This document shows, piece by piece, positions 36,501 through 47,365 of a DNA stretch of 64,000 nt. Both the position numbers and the translations under genes were made by a program. Numbering within the stretch: the first letter of the stretch is position 1; the number at the start of each line of letters is the position of its first letter. The notes under the pieces are model-generated. The model had not been told where the DNA came from. It did not search any database and saw only the letters and a list, made by a program, of their open reading frames with translations. Source of the stretch: an uncultured Eubacteriales bacterium (GTDB lineage Bacteria > Bacillota > Clostridia > Peptostreptococcales > Anaerovoracaceae); contig CACYQX010000002.1 in assembly GCA_902776725.1 (NCBI GenBank), forward strand, positions 34,400-98,399, in the 5' to 3' direction.

Positions 36501-39500
36501 GCAGCTAGTGTTCCGTTCAGGAGTTCCTTCAGAACCTCCGGCTGCAGTTTGATTGCTCCGGCATTCTGCGACTTGGTGTTGCGGAGCGCGTAGGATGTGC
36601 AGCCGATTCCGCTAGTCCATGTGTAGTTTGACCCCTGCGCATCTGCCTTTACGGCAAACTCGGACCATGTGGTATCCGGGTCGGAACCCGTAGCGATTAC
36701 CTTGTTACCATCTACTACCGCAAGCCCTGTATGCTCGGCAAATCTCAATGTGCTCAGCACATTTCCGTCGCCAAGTATAAATCCTTCGCCGCCGACTCCG
36801 TATGTTGCATTCTGTATAGGAAGATTGTCGTAGCACGCGTCGGTGGTTGAATTGTTCCATGTCTGGTCTGCAGCTACGTCCAAATCTTCGCCTTTGAATA
36901 CAAAAGATGTATCATCAGGAGCGCCGTCAATTTCTATTGTGAATTCAATATCGGTTCCCGATCCTTTGCTCAAACAATTTGTTTTGTTCCAGGGCTCCAT
37001 CGGATCACCGGTCCAAACATAGTTATGGAATTGCAAGCCGTCACTCTTATGAGCCTGGAGGATCGGTCTGTAATATGTGCGATCTGTCGGAACGTAATTG
37101 TTTCCGTCGTGAGTAACTCTGCTGCTAGGTTCTGTTGGAACCTTATCAACATCCTTGAATGTGATTTTGGTAATGGTAATGATTACATCATATTTGCGAC
37201 CGTTCATATCGACAGCAGCCTTTTCGTAAATAACCTTGATCGGATTGCTGCTGCGATCTATGACGTAGTTTCCGGTCTCTGTCCACTGCCTGTTTTTCGT
37301 GTTGATGTAGGTGTTGTCTGTACCATCAACCATAACAAGATCCGGATCGCTTGAGTCTATACCCTCTACTCTGTACGGTACTTCGCCGATGTATGCGATT
37401 CGGTAATATGTGTCGCACATAGGTGCTCCGGCAGGCTCTGTGCGTTCGGCACTACCTATGGTGTATACTCCCGGTGCCAAGAATCCCGCACCTTTGGTAT
37501 TGAGGTCGCCGTTTGCTATATTTATATTTGTTGACGCGTCCGGAAGCGGATCCTGTACCGGATTTGTTGTCGGTACATTGGTTCCGTCGCGGTCGGTGAT
37601 AAGGTCAATATAATCGCGGTCGCTATCTATGGTTACAGTCGGTCCCACGTCGGATGCGAATTCCATTACCTTGTCTGTGAAGTAATATGTTTCGGTTTCG
37701 TCAGCCGCATTATAGTATTCCTTGCTAGGCACGCCACGATTGTTGTACACCATCCAAACCTTGGAGTTTTGGGCGGAAAGTGTTTCGAGCGCGGTACATG
37801 TATGTATGCCAAGCATGCGGCCAAAGTCAGAAGCACCGATAATGCTGCTGTCCGCATGGCTTGACGTATGTCCTTTATTGCTTGTCGGACCAATGCGTGA
37901 GTTATCTAAGTTGTCAATGTTAAGCGTTGTGAGAGATGTACAACCCTCAACGAATCCATCCATATTGACGATGTGCGTGAGTGTTCCAAACGTGGAAACG
38001 TCCAGGTCTTCCAGTGCGGTACAGTCTTTGAACATGTCAGTCATGGTTTTGGCTCCTGTGACATCCATGCCGTTAAATTCTACGTCTGTAAGGCTTGTGC
38101 ACTTCTGGAACATGCCAGCAAGGAGCGCATTGTCCTTTACTATAAAATCAGAGCCCGGCATCTTGACCGTTGTTAGCGAAGTACAGTCTCTGAACATATT
38201 CTGCATGTTATATACTAGTCCGTCATTTTCCCAGCTGCTTATATCTACTTCTTCCAGACTGGAGCAGCCGGAGAACATTCTCTGCATTTCCTGGGTGTCA
38301 GTCGTATCCAAATATTCCAGACCTTTTACTTCGGTAAGCTTAGCGCAGTTATAGAACATGTAGGATAAATTCTTGGTCGTTCCGACCAAAGCACCCTCCT
38401 GTATTTCAACAGATTCCAAATTGGTAAAACCACAGAACATATATGAGAGGTGGCTCTTTTCAGGATCCAGCGCTATTCCCGCGCCATTATCATTCTTTTT
38501 AATAATTACTTTCTTGACTTCGGTGCGAATTGATGCGCCACCCGCAACGCTGTTTTTATGCTTCCAAAAATCATCCCATGTGGCTTGTCCTTGAGATACA
38601 GTACTACCGGTGTGAACCGTATTAAAATATGCCGGGTTTGTGGTTGTGCGCGAGTTCTGTGGACGGATAGTCAAGGTTCCGTCAGCGGTAAGCCCCCACC
38701 AAATTCCACTCTCAGTTCCCGGAGTTCTGTCGTCTGCAGACGCATCTTCAACATCAATTACAATGACCTCGCCATCCGTGAATGTGATGGTGAGAAGCTC
38801 GCTGGTTGTGAACGGAGCGAGGGAAGTGATTCTCCAGTCTGCGTCTTCTTTGGTAAATTTAACGAGGGTCTCGTCTGTGAATTCTACGTTTGCTATGTCA
38901 ACTGCGCTGCGATTGATACCGAGCCTTGTGAAGAGGTCGGACATCATCATTTCCGAGCCGCCGTTCATGTGGTATTCTGCGTCGCCGTAGTAGAAATCCA
39001 CGGTGTAGAAATAAACCACGCCATAGGTTGAGAAGCTGTCGGCATCAAAGCTTACAGTGCTTTCTTCGTCCGCCGCGTCAACCGTTGCTCCTGTTTCTAT
39101 CGTTACGAGTTCTGTTTCTACAATTTCTGTCTCGCCGCTTGCTTCGGTTTCTTCCTCAACAAAATGTACCGCAGCAAACTCAACATCTTCTGTCGCGAGA
39201 ACTTGATCTTTTAAATCTATGATTACTTGTACGGGTGCCGCAGGCTCAATAGCTTCGCCCTCGGCGTTGAGAATTGTTATGTCAAAGAAACGTGCGTAGG
39301 GAAGGGTTGTCGCATCGTTGTCATCGTTCTCAAATACTTTTGCCGCAGCCTCTGCCATATAGCTTTCGTAGGCTGCTGCGTCTTTTTCTATTTCAAAAAC
39401 CGAAAGGGTAGCGTCTGCCGGGATCTTGGCAGCTTCGCCATAAGAAAGGGAAATATAATATTCGTCGGATTCCGCAGTGAGCGTTCCTTCGGTATATGAA

Positions 39501-39805
39501 GGAGCTTCTTCCGCCGGTTCTTCTACCGGTTCTTCGGTAGGTGCCTCAGCATCTTCCGTTGGCTCGGCTTCAGGCTCCGCATCAGCGGCCTCCGCTTCTT
39601 CCTCCGGCACCTCGGCCTCTGCAGCCTCTTCCGCAGGTTCCGCGGCTGTTTCTTCTCGCGCTTCTTCTAGCGCCTCTTCAATCGGTGTTTCGGCTTCCGT
39701 CTCGCCCAAGATGTCTTCCGCCCTGGACAAACTTCCCATACCAAAATTGGTTGCGACCATAACGATGCACAACAGCACGCTTAGAAATCTTTTTGATCCT
39801 CTCAT
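33533..39805 (-). CDS. 2,090-aa sortase-anchored adhesin: acidic spacer, BspA/DUF285-type leucine-rich repeats, FctA-type and CnaB domains, a CshA-type repeat and a mucin-binding-like domain
   Basis: Signal peptide; repeated M..MF..C.SL..LD units; K.L.GR.W FctA unit; VVKEWDDADDQDKIRP; IPGEGKY....DGSITFTPE.DFVG; VTRVIKF.Y...; TPTGD + TM helix + RRK. Confidence 0.87.
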   Translation of the reverse strand: MRGSKRFLSVLLCIVMVATNFGMGSLSRAEDILGETEAETPIEEALEEAREETAAEPAEEAAEAEVPEEEAEAADAEPEAEPTEDAEAPTEEPVEEPAEEAPSYTEGTLTAESDEYYISLSYGEAAKIPADATLSVFEIEKDAAAYESYMAEAAAKVFENDDNDATTLPYARFFDITILNAEGEAIEPAAPVQVIIDLKDQVLATEDVEFAAVHFVEEETEASGETEIVETELVTIETGATVDAADEESTVSFDADSFSTYGVVYFYTVDFYYGDAEYHMNGGSEMMMSDLFTRLGINRSAVDIANVEFTDETLVKFTKEDADWRITSLAPFTTSELLTITFTDGEVIVIDVEDASADDRTPGTESGIWWGLTADGTLTIRPQNSRTTTNPAYFNTVHTGSTVSQGQATWDDFWKHKNSVAGGASIRTEVKKVIIKKNDNGAGIALDPEKSHLSYMFCGFTNLESVEIQEGALVGTTKNLSYMFYNCAKLTEVKGLEYLDTTDTQEMQRMFSGCSSLEEVDISSWENDGLVYNMQNMFRDCTSLTTVKMPGSDFIVKDNALLAGMFQKCTSLTDVEFNGMDVTGAKTMTDMFKDCTALEDLDVSTFGTLTHIVNMDGFVEGCTSLTTLNIDNLDNSRIGPTSNKGHTSSHADSSIIGASDFGRMLGIHTCTALETLSAQNSKVWMVYNNRGVPSKEYYNAADETETYYFTDKVMEFASDVGPTVTIDSDRDYIDLITDRDGTNVPTTNPVQDPLPDASTNINIANGDLNTKGAGFLAPGVYTIGSAERTEPAGAPMCDTYYRIAYIGEVPYRVEGIDSSDPDLVMVDGTDNTYINTKNRQWTETGNYVIDRSSNPIKVIYEKAAVDMNGRKYDVIITITKITFKDVDKVPTEPSSRVTHDGNNYVPTDRTYYRPILQAHKSDGLQFHNYVWTGDPMEPWNKTNCLSKGSGTDIEFTIEIDGAPDDTSFVFKGEDLDVAADQTWNNSTTDACYDNLPIQNATYGVGGEGFILGDGNVLSTLRFAEHTGLAVVDGNKVIATGSDPDTTWSEFAVKADAQGSNYTWTSGIGCTSYALRNTKSQNAGAIKLQPEVLKELLNGTLAADQFEFVLEEVSKESSTSTAAPSPTNNNQTKKNDASGKVTFDAMEFKPSVEDGYYPGTDTTTNEHNVFTYTYKVYEKVPTDATDVTGESGSTYKAKDSIIYDATEHTITVVITPPKNETEMIRGIKAEIYVDKTPGTGVTPDKTYWHHDKACVDCTNGSLVDIAADKWYDENGNEVSAPNPISLSDIKIKNKKLETTLEIPVQKILQGRKWKDSDEFAAGLVLVSADAPMPTNTTTIGAGEKVSEVVISSDDTAVKNDADRIIGYKDKFDAITYKPADAGKTYTYHVRELTPAESGVDAVPGVTYDTEKYDVEVTVVLDDTDPDNPKLVATATYTDNNGDAVTISSFTNIYEADETDYKMEAVKDFYDVNKEEEITLTGGEFTFVLKPTGDNAAIAPMPVGTEGTGVDRKYYKTNENDGDIEFENDPTDPSDGIVFNYKKLLEAGIDEDDLHSDKGVDFEYEIYELIPGTEEGIAKGKTLTDDEILVNNEDGTHSVIGDAQEIVYDGVHHTRKITVKVIQGEATETGETVNIGGTDYDVYKDFNGVKFYEKDGKAYKVEDNSLFTPDLETLDVEGHEDDHKACYYISEKDGSAKEVTMSDVEGYNPSRHHFKVNEHGEEVKGAPIFINYRFEQKYVDLKVVKEWDDADDQDKIRPESLTITITSDEGDFDPIDLELKGSTWTASEKLPVYEFDIKTEKLKEITYSVEEGKVPAGYTVSYDKDNSAIKLDPEKDEYVLTITNKHTPGEGAADGDETYGLRGEPQTGMPNYKVNPNNPVKPTKLVKPSKAGSTISDDGKTVTIPGEGKYVLNDDGSITFTPEADFVGDPTPIDIECVDKQGNPATVTYTPHVIDPIDATTVTRVIKFTYETKDGKEVTSSLTQVGLLTRKALKVDPKTGEVTEWGPWLPYTFPAVKNPDAEAGPEWSTMDIAGELTITGPVELEDEYIVYHKKETPTPTGDSNNMAEWMMLLASSMLLAAALKLRTSVRRK

Positions 39806-39920
39806 TTTGGAGTCCCTTTCCCTATAAGACTTAAAATTCTGCCCCAGTACAACAAAATGTCTTTGCGCTTCCCCTTTTTAAAACGCAAAGAAGAATATAC
39901 ATTAATATAATGCTTTTTTT

Positions 39921-39949
39921 ATTGTAAACCAGTGCTTTTTTATTTACAA
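39921..39949 (-). promoter_or_regulatory. sigma-A-type promoter of the 2,090-aa gene
   Basis: TTGTAA-17-TACAAT on the minus strand. Confidence 0.62.
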
Positions 39950-40043
39950 GAGGTTTTTTCTTGTTTTTTTGGGCATTTTTGGACATTTTTTAGGGAATGT
40001 TAGGGGTTTTTGAGCCTTCGGGCAAACCATCTCTTTCAAAAAT

Positions 40044-40070
40044 AAAAAGAGCCGCGATATGCGGCTCTTT
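40044..40070 (-). terminator. intrinsic terminator after gyrA
   Basis: AAAGAGCCGC-gatat-GCGGCTCTTT with a U-tract on the minus strand. Confidence 0.85.
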
Positions 40071-40096
40071 CGGTTTTTGTTGGCTTGGTTTAATTG

Positions 40097-42577
40097 CTAT
40101 TTTTTCTTGCTCGGCTTTTCGTCTTTTGCTTCTTCTTCCTCGTCTTCTTTGATGGCCTTGGCCATGGCGACGATCTTGGTTTCACCTTCTACCTTCATTA
40201 TCTTGACGCCCTGGGTTGCGCGGCCTAAGATTGAAACTTCGCCTGCGCGGGTACGGATAATGATTCCGTCGGAGTTGATGAGGAATACTTCGTCATCGCT
40301 ATCGACTACCATTGCGCCGATCAGGTTTCCTGTCTTCTTGAACTTGGCTTTGTCGTAGGTGAGGAGGCCCTTGCCGCCGCGCGCCTGAATCTTATAGTCT
40401 TCTACAGGTGTGCGCTTGCCGTAGCCGTTCTCTGTTACAACCATGAGCTGCTGTCCCGGAAGAACGAGTTCCATGGAAACGACTTCGTCGTCGTGCTCGA
40501 GCTTGATTGCGCGGACGCCGCCTGCGGATCTACCCATAGGTCTTACGTCCTTTTCTGAGAAGCTGATGCACTTACCCTTCTTGGTTACGATGATTATGAT
40601 GTTGTTTCCTGTGCTCTCTTTGATGCCGATGAGTTCATCGCTTTCGCGGAGACTTATTGCGATGAGTCCTGTTGAACGCTTGGTGTCGAACTCGCTCATC
40701 GCGGTTTTCTTGATATGACCTTCCTTGGTTACGGCGATCAAGAATTTATCTTCCTTGAACGCGTCCTGCTTAACCGGAATCACTGCTGTGATTCTCTCGC
40801 GCTGCAATAGGTGCAAGAAGTTAATCGCAGGTGTTCCCTTGGCTGTGCGGCTCGCTTCAGGAATCTCGTAAGCCTTGATTTTGTGCGCTTTTCCGGTGTT
40901 GGTGAAGAACATCAGATAGTCGTGCGTGGATGTCATCACGAGGTCCTTAACAAAGTCGTTTTCTCTCGTGGTGATTCCCATGATGCCCTTGCCGCCGCGG
41001 CGCTGTGCCTTATAAACGTCTGCCGGAACTCTCTTGATATATCCGAGGTGTGTGAGCGTAACCGCTACGTTTTCATCCTCTACGAGATCCTCTTCGTCGA
41101 GGTCCGCTTCGTCACGAGCAATCTTGGTACGACGCTTGTCCGAATACTTCTTTTTGATCTCAAGAAGCTCGTCCTTGATAACTCCCATGAGAAGTTTTTC
41201 GTCTGCGAGAAGCGACTTCCAGTACGCGATTTTTTCCATGAGTTCGTTATACTCTTTTTCGATTTTCTCGCGTTCAAGTCCCTGGAGCCTTCTGAGCTGC
41301 ATGTCCAGAATCGCCTGCGCCTGAATGTCGGAGAGGCCGAACTTTCTCATGAGCTGAACTTTGGCGTCGTCGTAGGACTCTCTGATTGTTTTGATTACTT
41401 CATCTATGTTATCTAAGGCAATTCGGAGACCTTCCAAAATGTGTGCGCGCGCTTCTGCTTTGTTGATATCAAATTGCGTACGGCGAGTTACTACTTCTTT
41501 CTGGAACTTGAGATATTCTGTGAGGAAATCTCTAAGCGAAAGAAGCTTTGGCTGTCCGTCAACGAGCGCAAGCATAATCATGCTGAAGCCGTCCTGAAGT
41601 TGGGTGTGCTTATAGAATCTGTTCAGCGTGATCTGAGGATTTGCGTCGCGTTTAAGCTCTATTACAATTCTTATTCCTTCGCGGTTGGACTCATCTCTAA
41701 TCGTTGAAACTCCGTCGATTTTTTTGTCCTTAACGAGCTCTGCCATCTTTTCGATTAGACGAGCTTTGTTGACCATATACGGAATTTCCGTAACGACGAT
41801 CTGTGTCTTTCCGCCCTTTGTTTCTTCTATTTCGCAGACTGATCTAATCTGGATTTTTCCCTGGCCTGTTTTGTAGGCTTCTTTGATGCCTGATTTTCCA
41901 AGGATTTGAGCGCCAGTCGGAAAGTCCGGACCCTTTACAACCTTCATGAGATCGTCTAGAGAGCACTCAGGTTCATCTATCATCATTACGGTTGCATCTA
42001 TTACTTCTCCGAGGTTATGCGGCGGGATGGATGTTGCCATACCTACCGCGATACCGTTTGATCCGTTTACGAGAAGGTTAGGGAAGCGGCTCGGGAGAAC
42101 CTCCGGCTCAACTTCTTCTCCATCAAAGTTCGGACGGAAGTTAACTGTGTCCTTATCGATATCACGAAGCATCTCAAGAGCATAATGCGTCATTCTTGCT
42201 TCTGTATAACGGGATGCAGCGGCGCCGTCTCCGTCGATGGAACCAAAGTTTCCGTGTCCGTCAACGAGCATATATCTCATGGAGAAGTCCTGCGCCATTC
42301 TTACCATCGAGTCGTAGATGGAACCGTCGCCGTGTGGGTGGTATTTACCCATTACTTCACCGACGATACGCGCGGATTTCTTATGAGGCTTATCCGGAGT
42401 TACGCCGAGGTGTCCCATTCCGTAGATGATACGTCTATGTACCGGCTTGAGACCGTCTCTTACATCAGGAAGAGCACGTCCAACGATTACGCTCATTGCG
42501 TAGTCGATATAGGACTTTTTCATTTCGGTTGATATCTCGTGCTGTTCCAGCTTTCTGTCTTCTATCAAATTTGCCAT
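40097..42577 (-). CDS. gyrA: DNA gyrase subunit A
   Basis: [27 protein letters not shown] and the GyrA box QRRGGKG. Confidence 0.98.
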   Translation of the reverse strand: MANLIEDRKLEQHEISTEMKKSYIDYAMSVIVGRALPDVRDGLKPVHRRIIYGMGHLGVTPDKPHKKSARIVGEVMGKYHPHGDGSIYDSMVRMAQDFSMRYMLVDGHGNFGSIDGDGAAASRYTEARMTHYALEMLRDIDKDTVNFRPNFDGEEVEPEVLPSRFPNLLVNGSNGIAVGMATSIPPHNLGEVIDATVMMIDEPECSLDDLMKVVKGPDFPTGAQILGKSGIKEAYKTGQGKIQIRSVCEIEETKGGKTQIVVTEIPYMVNKARLIEKMAELVKDKKIDGVSTIRDESNREGIRIVIELKRDANPQITLNRFYKHTQLQDGFSMIMLALVDGQPKLLSLRDFLTEYLKFQKEVVTRRTQFDINKAEARAHILEGLRIALDNIDEVIKTIRESYDDAKVQLMRKFGLSDIQAQAILDMQLRRLQGLEREKIEKEYNELMEKIAYWKSLLADEKLLMGVIKDELLEIKKKYSDKRRTKIARDEADLDEEDLVEDENVAVTLTHLGYIKRVPADVYKAQRRGGKGIMGITTRENDFVKDLVMTSTHDYLMFFTNTGKAHKIKAYEIPEASRTAKGTPAINFLHLLQRERITAVIPVKQDAFKEDKFLIAVTKEGHIKKTAMSEFDTKRSTGLIAISLRESDELIGIKESTGNNIIIIVTKKGKCISFSEKDVRPMGRSAGGVRAIKLEHDDEVVSMELVLPGQQLMVVTENGYGKRTPVEDYKIQARGGKGLLTYDKAKFKKTGNLIGAMVVDSDDEVFLINSDGIIIRTRAGEVSILGRATQGVKIMKVEGETKIVAMAKAIKEDEEEEAKDEKPSKKK

Positions 42578-42594
42578 CTATGCTCCTCCTTTCC

Positions 42595-44532
<1,938 letters not shown>

Positions 44533-44755
44533 TTATGTGATTTGATTGCGCGTTTTTCTTGTCGCGCCTAAATAGGTTGACTATGATTTTTTGCAATAAG
44601 GGCAAAAGGAACATAAGAAAAGGACTTTTCCTTTCTCTTCTGTTTCTCCTCTTGTTTTTTTCCTCCGTGAAATTGTTCCCGGACTCTACCCCCTATAAAT
44701 TGGCATTTTTCAACGTTTTATATGATGTGTTCGCCTATCAATGCCACCGCTAGAT

Positions 44756-44784
44756 ATTGTACCACTAAATCTTCGATTTTACAA
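44756..44784 (-). promoter_or_regulatory. sigma-A-type promoter of gyrB, implying a ~230-nt leader
   Basis: TTGTAA-17-TACAAT with a TG extension on the minus strand. Confidence 0.65.
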
Positions 44785-44919
44785 GGTTTTATAATATTTT
44801 TTCGTTTTTTTGAAAAAATTAAGAAAAACGTGCTCTATGGGGAAATTTTCCCTATTAGAACACGCTTATAATTTTAGACTATAACCCTTTATTTTTTAAC
44901 AGTTTTTGGAAGGTCTATT

Positions 44920-46029
44920 TTAGCCTATGCTGACTTTTCCTTCTTTTACGCGGAAAATTCGAGCGTTTTGTATTCTGGATAGGATATTGCTATCCATATC
45001 TGTCGTCGTTATAAAAAGCTGGTTTTCCCTTAGGGTCTCTATGAGAAATTCCTGGCGCCTTTGGTCGAGCTCGCTCATCACATCATCCAGAATGAGTATG
45101 GGATTTTCCCCTGTGTCTTCTTTTATAAGGGAAAGTTCCGCCAGTTTTAACGAAAGCGCGCAGGTCCTTTGTTGTCCTTGCGATCCGAAGGCTCTCATGT
45201 CTACCCCATTAACAAAGAACGAAATGTCGTCTCTATGCGGACCGACCTGTGTGCTTCTGTTTCGAAGATCGCTATCAAAGGACATCTTAAGAGTTTCGTA
45301 GAATCTCGCCTCTTGATCCTCGACCGTTGGCTGTATGCTCAAGTTTGGATCATATTTTATTTCGAGGTTTTCTTCTCCTCCTGTTATACCGCTATGAATA
45401 GCCGCGCTGAACTTTGCTATTTTTTCTATATACTTCTCTCTAAGTTTAATTATGGCCGCGCCGTATTTTGAAAGTTGAACATCCCATACGTCAAGAAGGT
45501 CGGGATCTATAGAGGCTTCCTTTAGATATGTGTTTCTCTGTAAAAGTGCTTTTTTATAATTACTTAGGTTGTCGTAGTAAGAAAGTGAAATTTGACAAAG
45601 CTCACGATTTATAAATTTTCTTCTCTTCTCCGGTTCGTCTTTTACTATTTTTAAATCTTCGGGAGAAAAAACAACTATAAGAATATTGCTCAGTAAATCC
45701 GAAACTTTGGTTATGTTTTTCTTGTCCTTCTTTACGAATTTTTCTGTGGACGCCGAACCTTTTGCTTTTATTAAAATTTCTACTTCGGTATCAAAATCTT
45801 CTTTCGCAGCTTCTATATTTATAAAAGCTTCCTTCTCGCCGAACTTAATTAGTTTATAATCGCTTCCGGTTCTAAATGATTTTCCGAACGAAGAAACATA
45901 GATGGCTTCGACAAGATTTGTTTTACCCTGCGCATTATCTCCCAATATAAGATTGACGCGCTCGTCAAAGTCGAGCGTTAGCGACTCATAGTTTCTAAAA
46001 TTCTTCAGTTCTATATTTTTTATAAACAT
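44920..46029 (-). CDS. recF: DNA replication/repair protein RecF
   Basis: NFRNY, GDNAQGKTN, GSQGQQRT and LDDVMSELD motifs. Confidence 0.98.
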   Translation of the reverse strand: MFIKNIELKNFRNYESLTLDFDERVNLILGDNAQGKTNLVEAIYVSSFGKSFRTGSDYKLIKFGEKEAFINIEAAKEDFDTEVEILIKAKGSASTEKFVKKDKKNITKVSDLLSNILIVVFSPEDLKIVKDEPEKRRKFINRELCQISLSYYDNLSNYKKALLQRNTYLKEASIDPDLLDVWDVQLSKYGAAIIKLREKYIEKIAKFSAAIHSGITGGEENLEIKYDPNLSIQPTVEDQEARFYETLKMSFDSDLRNRSTQVGPHRDDISFFVNGVDMRAFGSQGQQRTCALSLKLAELSLIKEDTGENPILILDDVMSELDQRRQEFLIETLRENQLFITTTDMDSNILSRIQNARIFRVKEGKVSIG

Positions 46030-46040
46030 AAAATCTATTT

Positions 46041-46066
46041 AAAAGTCCTCTTAAAGAGGACTTTTT
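46041..46066. terminator. hairpin/terminator between dnaN and recF
   Basis: AAAAGTCCTCT-taa-AGAGGACTTTT perfect inverted repeat. Confidence 0.6.
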
Positions 46067-46076
46067 CCACACTTTT

Positions 46077-47192
46077 CTACATATTAGAAATTCTAACCGG
46101 CAGAATTAAATACTCGTAAGCGCTGCCGTCGAGCGGTTTGATCATGCATGGTGAAAGACTTGTGTTGAACTGCATCTTAATCTCTTCATCTTCTATTACG
46201 CGCATGATATTAAGCAAGAAACGCGAGTTAAATCCTATATCGAGATCGTCGCCATCTTTATGAATTAGTATATCTTCCATGGCGCCGCCTTCTTCGGATT
46301 TTGATGTAATCGTCATTACATTGTCTTTGATGGACATTTTAATTAGATTATTTTTACCCTCGGAAAGAATTGAAACTCTTTCTATTGCTTCGCTTAAGTA
46401 TTTTTTGTTTAGAGTTATTTCTGTATTAAATTCTTTCGGAATTATTTCTCTATATTTTACGAAATCGCCGGCAATTAAACGGGTAGAAATTTTTGTATTA
46501 TCAAGATATACAGTCGCATTCTTTTTATCTATTACTATTTTAATTTCACTATCATTTTTTCTATCATTCTCTGTTATTATTTTATTAATTTCATCCATAA
46601 TGCGAGCTGAAATAATAATACTTTCTTCTTTTTCACTTTCTATATTTTCTGTAGTGACAGCCATTCTGAATCCGTCGATAGCTACCATCTTCATTTCTTC
46701 TTTTAATAATTCAACCAAAACACCGGTGATGGCACCCTTTGTTTGATCTATACTTGCAGCGAAAGAAGTTTTCTTAATCATATTACTGAAAGTATTTCTG
46801 TTGAATATTATTTCTTCTGTTGTTTCTTCGTTGTTTTTTATGAAAGGAAATTCATCTGCATCACTTCCAATAATAGAAGAATTTGAAGTTAAGCAATTTA
46901 TATTAATATTAAAACCGTCGGTAGAAATATTTATATAATCGTGCGGCATTTTTCTTATTACTTCATTAAATAATTTTGCCGGAACTACGATGGATCCTTT
47001 TTCTGTGTTTTCTACTTCTATAGATGTTTCTATAGTTAAATCCATATCTGATGCTGTGAGTAAAAGTTTATTATCATCTTTTACTTCCATAAGTATTCCT
47101 TTAAGTGTAGGAATTGTAGTTCTTGAACTTACAGCTTTAGATACAATATTTAAAGCTTTGGTTAAATTAACTTGTTCGCAGGTAAATTTCAT
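46077..47192 (-). CDS. dnaN: DNA polymerase III beta clamp
   Basis: 371 aa; VAIDGFRMA, IGFNSRFL and YLILPVR; directly after dnaA. Confidence 0.97.
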   Translation of the reverse strand: MKFTCEQVNLTKALNIVSKAVSSRTTIPTLKGILMEVKDDNKLLLTASDMDLTIETSIEVENTEKGSIVVPAKLFNEVIRKMPHDYINISTDGFNININCLTSNSSIIGSDADEFPFIKNNEETTEEIIFNRNTFSNMIKKTSFAASIDQTKGAITGVLVELLKEEMKMVAIDGFRMAVTTENIESEKEESIIISARIMDEINKIITENDRKNDSEIKIVIDKKNATVYLDNTKISTRLIAGDFVKYREIIPKEFNTEITLNKKYLSEAIERVSILSEGKNNLIKMSIKDNVMTITSKSEEGGAMEDILIHKDGDDLDIGFNSRFLLNIMRVIEDEEIKMQFNTSLSPCMIKPLDGSAYEYLILPVRISNM

Positions 47193-47194
47193 AA

Positions 47195-47365
47195 AACCCT
47201 CCAGAAATGCTATTTTATATATATATTATATATTTAGTAATAGTAGTAATAGTGATGTGAAATATGTGGATAACTTATCTACACCGCTATTTTTTAACGT
47301 TTTTTATCCTAAATACGTCTGTTAATAATACTATAATTTGCGTTTTGTTTTTTAGGATAACTTAA
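47195..47365. other. oriC unwinding region (dnaA-dnaN spacer)
   Basis: AT-rich tract 47210-47235; DnaA-trios TAG TAA TAG TAG TAA TAG 47235-47252; paired boxes TGTGGATAA 47265-47273 and TTATCTACA 47275-47283. Gene orientation switches around this locus. Confidence 0.9.

Noticed and set aside
10749-39805. Adhesin region as a mobile element or invertible locus
   Set aside because: No integrase, transposase, invertase, terminal repeats or target duplications were seen, and the core rsbW-sigB genes lie in the middle.
11078-39827. Many + strand ORFs (up to 357 aa) opposite the two surface-protein genes
   Set aside because: Antisense shadows of long coding sequences, with no recognisable motifs.
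44559-44753. 64-aa + strand ORF between gyrB and recF
   Set aside because: Its hydrophobic stretch comes from a pyrimidine tract, it has no RBS, and it is antisense to the predicted gyrB leader. It cannot be fully excluded.
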